Below are positions 1-12,811 of a DNA stretch of 64,000 bases, piece after piece. Within the stretch, counting starts at the first letter, position 1, and each line of letters starts with the position of its first letter. The DNA comes from Eledone cirrhosa (Eukaryota). Position numbers and translations under genes: made by a program. The DNA lies in contig OZ024740.1 in assembly GCA_964016885.1 (NCBI GenBank), positions 99,758,001 through 99,822,000 on the forward strand, read 5' to 3'. The notes under the pieces are model-generated. The model saw nothing but the letters and a program-made list of their open reading frames with translations, had not been told where the DNA came from and searched no databases.

Positions 1-298
1 TCCGATTCAACCCGGAATAACGTACCTTTCAGCACTCTCTGTGCCCCTTATAACCATCACCGAGAAACTATGCTGACCAAACTTGACCTTGATGTTTCCA
101 TCCCCATCCACCCAAGGAAACTTTACATAAAAACACTCATCCGATGTACCGACGAGTTCATCAAGCGAATTAGATGTATATCTTCTTCCTCGACAACCCT
201 GATGTAGCATCTACCAATGATGAGGAGTTCGGCTTCAAAACGAATAAGGCACCAACCACCAACAGCCTACTTCTTGAAGACCTCTTCAAGATGATCAA

Positions 299-300
<2 letters not shown>
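1..300 (+). pseudogene. Fragment of the N-terminal region of a Penelope-like element ORF, ending in a (TA)n tract
   Basis: Frameshifted reading ...SIPIHPRKLYIKTLIRCTDEFIKRIR / FFLDNPD...EEFGFKTNKAP...EDLFKMIK resembles the 'IPIP..K.Y.K.LI...E.FIKR.R...FF...FGFK....P....EDL..MIK' N-terminus typical of PLE RT proteins. Confidence 0.6.
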
Positions 301-380
<80 letters not shown>

Positions 381-384
<4 letters not shown>

Positions 385-521
385 TTAATGATACTATTTA
401 TGGTTATGTATATAATAAAACCTTTTATGGTTATATATCTTTTTTATACAAACCCCAAATAGAGAAAGATAGTCATTCATTACTATCTTATTACCAGTAA
501 ATATATATATATATATATAAT

Positions 522-602
<81 letters not shown>

Positions 603-720
603 TTAAGGATACTATTTATGGTTATGTATATAATAAAATCTTTTATGGTTATATATCTTTTTTATACAAACCCCAAATAGTGAAAGATAGTCATTCATTA
701 CTATCTTATTACCAGTAAAT
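381..720. repeat. Direct duplication of a ~120-bp unit (381-500 and ~599-720) separated by (TA)n
   Basis: AGTATTAA(T/G)GATACTATTTATGGTTATG...CTTATTACCAGTAAAT occurs twice, nearly identical. Confidence 0.9.
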
Positions 721-728
721 ATATATAT

Positions 729-820
<92 letters not shown>

Positions 821-841
821 TATATATATATAAATATATAT

Positions 842-1033
842 AACGAAGGAAATGTGGTAACGAACCAGGTAGACCATAACGCACCAAAGTACTCAATACT
901 TAGGGTAGTAGAGTGAGTAATAGGAACGAGTAGGTCCCCGACGGCTGAGCTCAAGCCGTTTCGACGGCTAATTCTAGTCCAGAATTAGCCGTCGAAACGG
1001 CTTGAGCTCAGCCGTCGGGGTCCTACTCGTTCC
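842..1033. mobile_element. Fold-back PLE-tail module with a ~55-bp-arm palindrome carrying the 3' half of a hammerhead; relatives at ~20828-20943, ~30893-31105 and ~42975-43095
   Basis: GGAACGAGTAGG...CGACGGCTAATTCT agtcc AGAATTAGCCGTCG...CCTACTCGTTCC; each arm reads GAAA-CGGC-loop-GCCG-TC (stem III plus GUC); flanked by (TA)n. Confidence 0.7.
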
Positions 1034-1354
1034 AATAAATATATATATATATATAGTATTTTCCGTAGTGTTGTAATATGAATATTACACACAGTAGATG
1101 GACAGCTCACGTAGAGTTTGCTCGACGGTTCCAGTTGTAGTTTCAAAAGTAATCCGGAGAAAATAGAAGGATTAAAATGGATACAGTTCAGTTAAAAGGA
1201 ATTTATTGACACGTGTTTCAATAACAGTTACATAACCTGAAAACAGCTGCTTACTTACTAAAATTTCCCTCCAACTAAATTAGTTTCTGTAAGGGGATAA
1301 TCCCCCACCCCCTCTTAATATTCTCTATAAAAACCAAACAGGTTCTCAATAAAA

Positions 1355-1475
1355 TTATTCTGATGAAATGATAGTTGATAATAACATTGAAATATTGAGT
1401 GTCTGCATAATTAATACTTTGTAGATAGCAGCTGTTTTCAGGTTATGTAACTGTTATTGAAACACGTGTCAATAA
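1355..1475 (+). ncRNA. Type I hammerhead ribozyme motif (long stem II, minimal stem III)
   Basis: ttatt-CTGATGA-aatgatagtt...aactgttatt-GAAA-CACGTG-TC-aataa; partial inverted copy at ~1162-1251. Confidence 0.8.
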
Positions 1476-1514
1476 ATTCCTTTTAACTGAACTGTATCCA
1501 TTTAAATCCTTCTA

Positions 1515-1556
<42 letters not shown>

Positions 1557-1563
<7 letters not shown>

Positions 1564-1705
1564 TAAAATAACAGATAAAAGTTTAAGCAAAGAATCGCTG
1601 CTTTCACCCTTAACGGGATCTTCTGAAACTAGTTTCAGAAGATCCCGTTAAGGGTGAAAGCAGCGATTCTTTGCTTAAACTTTAATCTGTTATTTTAATA
1701 AATAT
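1557..1705. repeat. Near-perfect palindrome centred at ~1630 (CTGAAACTAGTTTCAG), each arm a variant-core hammerhead
   Basis: Arms are reverse complements with about one difference; + arm 1631-1681: agttt-CAGAAGA-tccc gttaa gggt-GAAA-gca...tgc-TT-aaact. Confidence 0.85.
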
Positions 1706-1788
1706 TTGCTCTACGGTTCTTATATATTTGATATATATTTATCCTTATCGAGCCATCTTTGGATTTTAGTCTTGGAATTTATTATTAT

Positions 1789-1837
<49 letters not shown>

Positions 1838-1840
<3 letters not shown>

Positions 1841-1910
1841 CTGTTTCTACTTTAGGTACAAGGCCAGCAAATACCCAGTGCATTACTGGTACTTTATTTT
1901 ATAGACCCCG
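1838..1910 (-). mobile_element. 3' fragment of the abundant short SINE
   Basis: Reverse complement of ...GGGGTC.ATAAAATAAAGTACCAGTAATGCACTGGG...GCTGGCCTTGT..CTAAAGTAGAAACA seen in the full copies. Confidence 0.8.
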
Positions 1911-2104
1911 TTTTATATAAATATATATAACGGCGATGAATTAGTTTTGCGAGGTTTTTATATGAAATCGTGTGTCGAAACAAATATTGTTATACTTGGG
2001 GAGGGTCATATTTGTGTAAGAATATTGCCAGAATTAATAACAGAACACACTCACTGTTTGGTTGGTTTTTCGCTTCTGTGTCTTTTATATCGGTTAATTT
2101 AATT

Positions 2105-2270
<166 letters not shown>

Positions 2271-2383
2271 CGAAACATAGGTCAATTATTTCGTCACTAT
2301 CATAACTCCGGAACTTATATCTTCGTTGAGTGCTCCCTATCCGCATACTGAAATACTGGATTTTACCAACACTTACTTTCTTG

Positions 2384-2434
<51 letters not shown>

Positions 2435-2464
2435 AATATGTATATATATATATATATATATCTT

Positions 2465-2588
<124 letters not shown>

Positions 2589-2618
2589 TTATATATATAT
2601 ATATCTTTATATATATAT

Positions 2619-3021
2619 ATAAAGAATTAATATATCTACCGACATATGTATACAGATGCATACCTATGCCGGCAAATATATATGTTTTGTCTTAGTAACT
2701 TTGTGGTTCTATGCAGGGGGGTGCAGAAAAATTATATAAAAGACGTAAATAAGCAAGTTATGAACATTGACTTACTTACTAAAATTTCACTCCAACTAAT
2801 TAGTTTCTGTAAGGGGATTATCCCCTTACAGAAACTAATTAGTTGGAGTGAAATTTTAGTAAGTAAGTCAATGTTCATAACTTTCTTATTTACGTCTTTT
2901 ATATAATTTTTCTGCACCCCCCTGCATAGAACCACAAAGTTACTAAGACAAAACATATATATTTGCCGGCATAGGTATGCATCTGTATACATATGTCGGT
3001 AGATATATTAATTCTTTATAA
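2619..3021. repeat. ~400-bp near-perfect palindrome centred at ~2819, built from a PLE-tail family
   Basis: Mirror ORFs 2646..2906(+) and 2732..2992(-) are almost identical; the centre AAGGGGATTATCCCCTT lies in stem II of the hammerhead that is intact at 3291-3369. Confidence 0.9.
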
Positions 3022-3290
3022 TTATCTCCAAATTATTTGTTGAGCAAAATTTGCCGAAATTACTACTGTGACTGATAGTAGTGGCTAGGCTCTGTCTTGA
3101 TAGCACCCCCACTCCACGCTGGTTACCTCAGTGTCACGTAATTGATTCTTTTGAATTTGCCACTTGACCAAGAAGGCAGTGAATCTTTCAATGTCTTGGA
3201 ATCTAGCCCCGCTCGCTTTTTCCATCCACTGAATTATTTTTATATAAGTTCCAGTGTCCCCGCATTGCCTGGAAGCTTAGCTGAGAATAG

Positions 3291-3369
3291 ACTCCCTGAT
3301 GACGTAAGGCTTCTCTATAGTTATTACGTAACTATATTAATCCCCTTACAGAAACTAATTAGTTTGAGT
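3291..3369 (+). ncRNA. Type I hammerhead ribozyme motif
   Basis: actcc-CTGATGA-c gtaagg...ccttac a-GAAA-CTAATTAG-TT-tgagt (ggagt in the palindrome copy, restoring stem I). Confidence 0.75.
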
Positions 3370-3415
3370 GAAATTTTAGTAAGTCAATTTTCATAACTTT
3401 CTTATTTACGTCTTT

Positions 3416-3451
<36 letters not shown>

Positions 3452-3453
3452 TA

Positions 3454-3595
<142 letters not shown>

Positions 3596-3946
3596 CAGGA
3601 AAGAAGTTTGACATGGTTTGCTATACAAAAAAGGTTTTTAATCTCATAGCTGACAATTGTTTCTCTGTACTGGTAGGTCTAGAGATCGCTATTCGCTTAT
3701 TTTCACGTTACTTGATCGCCAATACAAAATTATAACCAGTCAGATCTTCGGAGCATGCGAGAATGAAGAGAATACACAGGCAAGAAAAGAATATACAGGC
3801 TACTATATGAAGTAGTAATGGCATTCAATTAGAACAATAACAACAATTACAACAATGCTACTAATAAATTATTTGAGGAGACCCTGATTGGGCATATATC
3901 ACAACCCACTTATAACAGAGTACTAAACAGGAATGTAAAAGCTGCG

Positions 3947-4390
3947 CAAAATAGCGCCTCAAACTGTAACTGTCACCTACCAGATAGGTGCCTATTGGCG
4001 AACAGATGTCTCGATTCGAGCCTAGTGTACATGTGCACGGTCATCTCGGGTAACTCCACCTGGAATTACATAGGATCCACCGCCGGTTCTTTTAAAAAAA
4101 GATGGTATTTGCACAGACACTCAATGAAAATCCGTGCACTTATGGGTTCCACAACCCTCGCCAAAAAAATATGGGAACTGAAGGACAGCAGCACTAACTA
4201 CAGTATCAACTGGTCGAAGTTGTCGGCTGCTAAAACCTATAGTACAGGGATGTCCCACTGCGGGCTATGTGATCTTGAGCTATTGTATATCCTCAAAAAT
4301 GTAAAAAGGCTACTTAACAATAAGTTAGAAAGATCAATCTTCTGCAGACATAGAATTGCCACTAAATTAATAAGATTCAAACATCCGTGA
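3947..4390 (+). pseudogene. PLE C-terminal GIY-YIG endonuclease domain (fragment)
   Basis: NCNCHLPDRCLLANRC...VY.C...YIGST...FKKRWYLH...T.LAKKIWELK...CGLCDLE...CRHR; same layout as the C-terminus of 32541..33857. Confidence 0.85.
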
Positions 4391-4708
4391 ATCGAACCAA
4401 CACAACATAGCTTTAAATTAGGATATCTACTACCCAGAGAAATATATTCATTAAGTATACTATATCCTTCACAAGTCTATACCACACAAATGTCTGTAAG
4501 TACCTCATCAACCCACAAACTTATTCCTTCTCAGCTGCTGCCATCATTTGATCCTAAATCCTAGTTTTTCTCAAATCACTACTACAATGTAACTTTACCT
4601 TCCTTTTGCCATAATTACAATTAGCACGCTTATCTCTTTGCATGTATGTATATTTTTGTACGAGTGTATATTGATGTGTATGTATGTGTCTATGTACACA
4701 TGCATGTG

Positions 4709-4795
<87 letters not shown>

Positions 4796-4809
4796 GCGTG
4801 TGTGTGTGT

Positions 4810-4855
<46 letters not shown>

Positions 4856-5232
4856 ATATGCGTATATTACTTCGTTAACCTCTGTATTAACTCAACAACT
4901 ATTTAGCTTTGACAGTGTTGTCCCACTCATGTATGCTATTGAAGATGAAAAGAAAGACTGTAAACACTGGCTTATCTTTATAATTTAAAATTGATACACA
5001 CTTCGATACTCTGTACATGCCAAACTCTTACTTTTGCCTCATGACAGCTAGTTTTACACGTCGTAATCTTAGATACACTATACCCCCCCACCTAAGTAAT
5101 GTCAGGGTCTCCTCAAATAATTTATTAATAGCATTGTTGTAATTGTTGTTATTGTTCTAATTGAATGCCATTACTACTTCATATAGTAGCCTGTATATTC
5201 TTTTTCTTGCCCGTGTATTCTCTTCATTCTCG

Positions 5233-5345
5233 CATGCTCCGAAGATCTGACTGGTTATAATTTTGTATTCGCGATCGAGTAACGTGAAAATAAGCGAATA
5301 GCGATCTCTAGACCTACCAGTTCAGAGAAACAATTGTCAGCTATG
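5233..5345 (+). ncRNA. Hammerhead motif with variant CCGAAGA core (inverted copy at ~3645-3757, -)
   Basis: cat gct-CCGAAGA-tctga ctggt...accag ttcaga-GAAA-CAATTG-TC-agc t atg. Confidence 0.65.
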
Positions 5346-5567
5346 AGATTAAAAACCTTTTTTGTATAGCAAACCATGTCAACCTTCTTTCCTGATTTAT
5401 TATTACTCCAAGTGTTTACAACATAGGAATTACAGCATACCCGCAGCATCACTATGAAAACGCCTTGTTGAGTCAAACCAAGCCAAGCGTTAATATCATC
5501 CACTACCTGGAATACCATAACTGGACTATACCTAAGTGGACTGCATTTAACTATTATTTGTTACCCC

Positions 5568-5626
<59 letters not shown>

Positions 5627-5692
5627 AAAATATATATATATATATATATAAATATGAAAATCCGAACGCAAGGTAAAATTCCAATCATTTAA

Positions 5693-5766
5693 TCACGACA
5701 CATGTTTCAATAAGAGATAGATTGATTGTGAAGCCATGATCGATTATCACTGATCTCATCAGGTGA
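5693..5766 (-). ncRNA. Type I hammerhead motif in a probable PLE tail, into which the Gypsy element appears inserted
   Basis: Minus strand: tcac-CTGATGA-...-GAAA-CATGTG-TC-gtga, with (TA)n about 40 nt downstream. Confidence 0.7.
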
Positions 5767-6529
5767 AAATGAATTGTCCTTAAATTCTTGATATGAGAGA
5801 GAAAAATAACGATGTTCTCTCACATAATTCATTCCCTCATATGAAGAAACAGCAGTCAGAGACACGGCGACTGCTATTAACTTCAGTTTAGGTCATACAA
5901 GTTTTCAGATTTCTATCGCTGCAAAAAGGCGCTGGACATCAATTAAATCTAAAGGGATACAGTCAGTCACAGTTAATGTGAGTGGGTACACACACATTCC
6001 ACACCCACATACACCGGCTCGAGGTCAAAGAAAAATATATACATATATATACACACATCAACACAGTATTAAACCTGTAGAGTTAGTGTGGGTGGGTACA
6101 CTCACACTCACTCACACCGAAGCGATGTCTGAGAAAAAACAAATATAAGAAAACAAATAAATCAATATAAGAATGTACCAACACAGCACTCACCGAAAGT
6201 TAGTTTACAAAACAACAGAAGCTATATTGGTCAAATCTCAATTTGACGATGTAAATTGGAAATATTGGGTTAACCAACGCCCCCCCCCCCCCCCCCCACA
6301 CACACACGCACACATACACAAGCAAGTAAGTTCAGTTCAGTTCAGTGTTCTGCTATACGTGTACAGATTGATTTGTAACATCCATATCTTCAAGTGTATG
6401 TTAAGGTACATATACATCCGAATCGTCCAAAAAAGGGTATGTCCGGGTATATACACATCCATGTGAAGAGCAAGCAATCAGCTCATATCGAACTCAGTCT
6501 GTACTCCTGTCCCATTGAGAATCCGAGCT

Positions 6530-6982
6530 TTTAGTGAGCTGGTCCCAGGGTCACTTACTCCAGTAAGTACGACCGGATCCCAACTACTAAATTTAATAAA
6601 AAATAAGAGAGAGAAGAATTTTCATACAAATTCATTTCGCGTGAGAATTATCTCTCACTACATTAGAAGTAATGACTAAAGCATAATAAGTTTCTCAAGA
6701 CAAGTATCACCATAACTTGCATTTATTGTAGTCCATGTTACAAAGGTGGTAAACAAATGTCCTCGTGGCATAACGGGGTATAATCCTGAACCATAAGATG
6801 TGGTTGGAAAAAGGTTAGCATGCTTGCGCTCGATGTGATCACTTCCAGGATTGATCGGCAAAAGAGAGGGAGATGAACTTCAGTTCACTCTTTTATAAGC
6901 CTTTCAGCGGAAGTTCAAAGAAGGTTCTAGAATTTCAACGGGAAGTAACTGTAGCTACTTCCCTTGTCTAGAGAGCGCTACA
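6530..6982 (-). repeat. 3' LTR (453 bp)
   Basis: Matches 11358-11795 plus an extra 15 bp near its TG start; purine-rich GAGAGGCGAG (PPT-like) just upstream on the minus strand. Confidence 0.9.
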
Positions 6983-7328
6983 AGACTCGCCTCTCAGACG
7001 AGAAGTCGAATAACCAATCGAAAGTCATTGTAGCGAGGACCCGTAAGAAATGAGGAGCAAAACAAAAGGTACAAGAATAAGAATGAATAAAAAAAATGAG
7101 CAAGCAATTAGCAAAAAAGGCACAAAACGTAAATGCATTTTACAAAGAAAAATGTGAATGTAACAACTTATAATTCAAAGTCAATATACGGGAGCAGAGA
7201 AAATTAATGCTCAATGGTAAGTTCAAAGTTTTTCAAAGTCAAATAGTTCATACATCACCAGTGTACAGACTTTCTGACACTAGTTCTATCTGAAAACTGA
7301 CAAAGAATTTTGTTAATGCCACTAAGGA

Positions 7329-10285
7329 TTAGATGTATATTGTTTTTGAGAGTTTTCGTGGCCATTTTACCGTCCTGCCACCTCGTGTGACATAAGGTTG
7401 TGTGGTATGTAGTGTTTGCGGTGGAGTTGAAGGTTTTGGTGTGGGAGTGTATGTAGGAGGTATGTCAGGTAGTGTAATGAGACTTTCAGAGAGAGCCTTC
7501 TTTGTTCTGTCTATGGATATTGTCTCTTTTCGACCATTGACAGCGACTGTGAAATGTTTGGGCGTATGCGAAAGCACACGAAAAGATCCATTGTAGGGTG
7601 ACGTAAGGGGTCGCTTGACGGAATCATTCCGTATAAACATGTGTCCACGTAGTGATGTCCGATGGGACAGCAAAAGAAATAGTCTGGTCACGAGGGTTCA
7701 TTGGTGGAAGATCCGAGAAATACGAACGAATCCTGGTGACATATGATGCTGGGTCAAGATGTGATGAATCCACTGGTGCTAACATTTGTCCAGGAAGAGA
7801 CAATGTTGTACCATAAAGAAGTTCAGCAGAAGAAAAACCTAAATCTGTCTTAATGGCGTAATGACAACCAAGAAACACGATTGGCAAAAATTCGGTCCAA
7901 AGTTGCGGATCAGGAGTAGCGCGAAGTGCAGCTTTCAACTGTCTATGAAACCTCTCCACCATTCCATTGGAGGGTAGGTGATAGCTGGTCGTATGAATGT
8001 GATGAGCACCCAAGAGTCATGATATTTCACGAAATAAGGAAGCTTCAAATTGGCGTCCACGATCCGTAGTTATTTTAGTAGGAACACCAAAGCGAGCCAT
8101 CCAATTGGAAATGAAAGCTCGGGCAACGGACTCTGCTGTTATTTCCACTAGGGGTATGTCTTCAGGCCACTGAGCGAAACAATCGATACAAGTCAATATA
8201 TATGTGAACCCACGACTAACGGGCCACTGACCAACAATATTCATGTGAATATGACGGAAACCTGTGTCTGGCGGGCTGAATTTCCTAAGAGGAGCGCGGA
8301 CATGCCGATAAATCTTAGAGCGCTGACACTTCAAACAAGAACCTGCCCAACTGGTGATTAAACGACGCATATTAGGCCAGAAAAATCGAACCGTAATAAG
8401 CTTCACCGTGGCAGCTATGCCAGGATGCGACAAGGAATGAAGTGCTTCAAAAACGGTACACTGATGACAATCTGGAACAAGTGGTCTGGGTGAGCCAGTA
8501 GAAATATTGCAAATAATTTTTCCTTCAGCAGATGAAATTGGTAAATAATCAAACTTACAACAGGAAAGCTGGGTAGAAGAAATGTCCAACGAATGCAGAC
8601 TAAGTTGGTCAGTTGCTATGGCAACCAAATCGATGTGTGCAGGAGACGCAAGAGAACACACAGAAAGTCGAGATAGTGCATCCGCAGGTATGTTGGCAGT
8701 TCCAGCTATATGACGAATGTCACTGGTATACTGGGAGATGAGATCCAGATGCCTATACCTCTCGGAGAGTACTTGTCGGATTTGGTTTGAAGAGCGAATG
8801 TGAGTGGTCTGTGAATACCGTGAATTCCCGACCTTCAAGAAGATGGTGGAAATATCTCACAGCAGCAAGATAAATCGCTAGAAGCTCTCTGTCAAAAGTA
8901 CTATAACGTTGCTCTGCTGGTTTTAGTTGGCGTGAGAAAAACGCCAGTGGTTGAACCTGGTGATCGATCGCATGTTGCAAAACTGCACCAACAGCATGAT
9001 CGGATGTATCAACAGATAAGGAAAGTCTCGCGTTTGCAAGAGGATGGCGAGGGAGGAAACTTCAGCTAGCCCAGACTTGACGGATTCAAAAGACTGGAAT
9101 TCCAGTGAATCTGCACCAAAAACACATTTAGCTGGGTTGTTTCTGACTTGGTAGGATCGAAGACGTTGAAATAACTGGGATAGATGTTGATGATGGTGCT
9201 CAGATAAATCACTGGCTATCAGGAGATCATCCACGTAAGCAAACACGAAATCCAATCCACGCTGACTTCATCGATAAAACGTTGGAAGGTACTAGAGGCA
9301 TTCCGCAAACCAAAAGGCATGGACAGAAATTCAAACGTACCAAAAGGGGTGGTCACAGCTGTTTTTGGTATGTGTTCTGGATGCATGGGTATTTGATGGT
9401 AAGCTCGTACCAGATCTATTTTAGAAAATATCTTGTATCCATGCAGAACGGATGAGAAATCCTGTGAATTTGGTAAAGGAAAACTATCAGGTCTAGTGAT
9501 ATCATTAAGACGTCTATAATCTCCCATAGATCTAAAACCCGCTTCACCCTTACGAGCCAAGTGAAGCAGAGATGCCCATGGGCTGGTGGATGGTCGTATA
9601 AGACCAAGCTGAAGCATGTGTTCGAACTCATCCTTGGCTTTCTTTAGCCTGTCCGGAGCCAACCTACGTGGACGAGAAAAAACAGGCGGAGAAGTTGTTG
9701 TAATAAAATGTCGAGTCGAGTGGACTACTTGATTCGGTTTAAATGAAATGTCAGTTAACTCGGGAAACGAGGCAAAAAGTGAATGAAACTGGTTTCCAGA
9801 GGCAGCTATAAAACACACGGGACTTATGACAGTAGCAGTAGACCTACGAGCGGGCTTAGATAAGGATGTGGTACCATCGACATGTTTCTGTCTCCTTATA
9901 TCTACCAACAGTGAGTAGTGGTGTAAAACATCAGCACCGAGAATAGGATGAAGTAGGTCCGCAATGACGAAAATCCATTTAAAATCTCGACGCAAAGCTA
10001 GGTCCAATGATAAAGATATTTGTCCATAAGTTTTTATAGGAGACTGGTTTACTGCATGCAAGGAAATGCCGGAAAAATTTGGCTTGGTAGAGCTGAACCG
10101 AAGAGACCAAATACTGCAACTAGATCCTGTGACGACCATAAATGATTTGTTTGAAACTCGATCTCTGATGAAGAAAGCACGATAAAGTGAATTAATGAGG
10201 GAGAGGTCTGCCGTTCCCAGACTCCAATTTTATTTTTCCGAGGTCTCGAAAAAGCAGGGCTGAATACAATGTTTTGCCTTTTCAC
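7329..10285 (-). pseudogene. pol: Gypsy pol (protease, RT, RNase H, integrase) broken by several frameshifts and stops
   Basis: ADL.HPILGAD (PR); SKIDLVRAYHQI, MPFGLRNA, YVDD (RT); FFSRQL..AEQRYSTFDRELLAIY, FTDH (RH); H..SHPG...C..CQ, TDRGRQF, NGMVERFHR (IN). Confidence 0.95.
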
Positions 10286-11121
10286 GAAAACGCACGTGAT
10301 ACCAACTCAAAGACGAGTTGTTGGCGGGGAGATTGGCGCGACGATGAAGAGAAAGAGACCGATTCCGTGAACGCCACCTGGATGGCGCTCGCTCCCGACA
10401 CAGTTTAGCCACTTGACGAGTTAACGCGTCAATGGCTCTCAGCATAGAGTCCTCATAAAGTGAAGCAGGCTGTGTTTTAAAAGCCGAAGAAGCAACTAGT
10501 GAATCTGCCGAAGTAGGCACACGAGAAAATTCCATTATGCGATCCGCCGAGGCTGCAATTTGGTCCAGAGAACTGGTGTCGACCATATTTTGCCAATATG
10601 GTCTGCACATTTGTTGGCAAACCGGAGAAGAAGAATTGTTTCACGAAAGATTTGTCTTCTGCTGTTGAGTCGCTCAGTTCCCGGATGCGCCGTAAAAACT
10701 GAGACGGGGTTCTAACTCCTAGGTTTTCCTCCTCCAACAAGGAACGAAATCTGCTCTCAGACGAACGGCTGTTCCGTCTGAGCACTTTTGCCTTTAGGGT
10801 TTCGTAAGATGTGCATTGTGGAGGATCTGTGATTATGTCTTTCACTGAGGTTGCGAGCGATGCAGGAATTCCACTTATGAGCACGTGTAATCTTTGCTGT
10901 TCCGATTGAACGCCGTGGGCAGCAAAATACGACTTTGCATCACCAGAATATGTTGTTACGAAAAATTGCTCATGATGAACACAGTAGCCGCTGAGCGATA
11001 TTTGTTTCAACTGCCGCACACGTGGTTGTACCATGAATAGTTGAAGTAAAATGTAGCACCGAGCAAGTAAGATGTCGACTTCAAAACGAAAGCTTGGTTG
11101 AATCGACGACTCGAGAGACAC
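10230..11121 (-). pseudogene. gag: Gypsy gag, frameshifted
   Basis: KSYFAAHGV...DIITDPP...YETLKAKVL...LGVRTPSQFLRRI...LP.NVQTILA, then WYHVRF...AKHCIQPC; located between PBS and pol. Confidence 0.8.
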
Positions 11122-11340
11122 ACATTTTGATGTCTATTTGGTTCGCCCCACACGAACTGACTGAAATAAAACGAATTTCCTGGAGTAGTGAATCATTTTT
11201 CTTTTGTGTGTAATTGTTGGGTTTACCATTTTAGTGGAGTTATTTAGCAATATTTGTGTAGCTATAAGTTGTAATATTGTATGAAAATATTTGTCACTAC
11301 ATTTATACGCTGTTGAATGAATGAATTTTTTTTGCTGCGT

Positions 11341-11355
11341 ATTCTGAGGTCACCA
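11341..11355 (-). promoter_or_regulatory. Primer binding site
   Basis: TGGTGACCTCAGAAT starts 2 nt after the 5' LTR; similar to a tRNA-Trp-type PBS (TGGTGACCCCG...). Confidence 0.7.
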
Positions 11356-11357
11356 TT

Positions 11358-11795
11358 TTTAGTGAGCTGGTCCCAGGGTTACTTACTCCAGTAAGTACCA
11401 CCAGATCCTAACTACTAAATTTAATAAAAAATAAGAGATAGAAGAATTTTCATACAAATTCATTTCGCGTTAGAATTATCTCTCACTACATTAGAAGTAA
11501 TGACTGAAGCATAATAAGTTTCTCAAGACAAGTATCACCATAACTTGCATTTATTGTAGTCCATGTTACAAAGGTGGTAAACAAATGTCCTCGTGGCATA
11601 ACGAGGTATAATCCTGAACCATAAGATGTGGTTGGAAAAATGTTAGCATGCTTGCGCTCGATGTGATCACTTCCAGGATTGATCGGCAAAAGAGAGGGAG
11701 ATGAACTTCAGTTCACTCTTTTATAAGCCTTTCAGCGGAAGTTCAAAGAAGGTTCTAGAATTTCAACGGGAAGTAACTGTAGCTACTTCCCTACA
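11358..11795 (-). repeat. 5' LTR (438 bp)
   Basis: Begins TGTAGGGAAG and ends ...CTCACTAAA on the minus strand; matches 6530-6982. Confidence 0.9.
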
Positions 11796-11908
11796 AGCTC
11801 TAATCACAACTAAATTGTCCAAATTTGGCCCACTTATCTAATTCAGAAATGCTTCCACTGCTCTGTTTACATACATACATACACACACATATATATATAT
11901 ATATTTAT

Positions 11909-12764
11909 ATATGAAAACAAGACGTGCTGCGTGGTTGCAAATGGGTTACATATGAATATATTTAGTCCTTCATCAGTGATCTTCCAACCTTCATTGGTAT
12001 TTCATCGCTTTAAAGACCATATACCTCCGGTTGGTGCGAGCAACGGCTAAAGAAAGTCGTTGGGACACGTAAATAAGGGTAACGAGCGAGACTGTAAACA
12101 ATCAAAGATGGTAATGCAACGAAAAGTGAGGAAGAAGGAGTCAAGTCCCAGAAATCGATGAATATAAGTTCTGTGAAATCGTGGACGAAAGAGAATAAAG
12201 ACCATCAAACCTAGTCGAAATGTGAGCAAGGAAAGAATTTCGCACAGGTCAAACGAGAGGAAGAAGGAGTCTGGTCCCTGAATTCGGTGAACATAAGTTC
12301 TGTGAAATCGTAGACCAAAGAGAAAAAAAGAAACAACCAGCCTAGTCAAAGTGTGCGCGAGGAAAGAATTTCGCACAGGTCAAACGGGAGGAAGTAGGAG
12401 AGGGAGTAGCAGAGAGTGAGTAAGTGTAAGGTGAGGAAGACGCTAACAGAGAGAGTGACTGTTAGAGGGGGTAAAGGGAAGTGAGAGATACAGAGAAAGA
12501 GGAAGCAGTAAGAATAAAAATGACGGGTCACAGCGGAGGAAATATGTGTGTGAATATGAAAACAAGACGTGCTGCGTGGTTGCAAATGGGTTACATATGA
12601 ATAAATTTAGTCCTTCATCAGTGATCTTCCAACCTTCATTGGTATTTCATCGCTTTAAAGACCATATACCTCCGGTTGGTGCGAGCAACGGCTAAAGAAA
12701 GTCGTTGGGACACGTAAATAAGAGGAACGAGCGAGAGTGTAAACAATCAAAGATGGTAATGCAA
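11909..12764. mobile_element. Non-coding ~855-bp element bounded by ~210-bp direct repeats (11909-12119 and ~12554-12764), in TA-rich sequence
   Basis: Near-identical terminal repeats; internal ~125-bp tandem duplication (about 12120-12390). Confidence 0.75.
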
Positions 12765-12776
12765 TGAAAATATATT

Positions 12777-12811
<35 letters not shown>

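Larger units (their letters stand above)
6530..11795 (-). mobile_element. Full-length, degenerate Ty3/Gypsy LTR retrotransposon
   Basis: Two highly similar LTRs; 4-bp TSD AGCT (6526-6529 and 11796-11799); PBS; gag then PR-RT-RH-IN order. Confidence 0.95.

Noticed and set aside
6676-11689. Duplicated small ORF MPINPGSDHIER...
   Set aside because: Lies within the two LTRs, so the duplication reflects LTR identity rather than a gene
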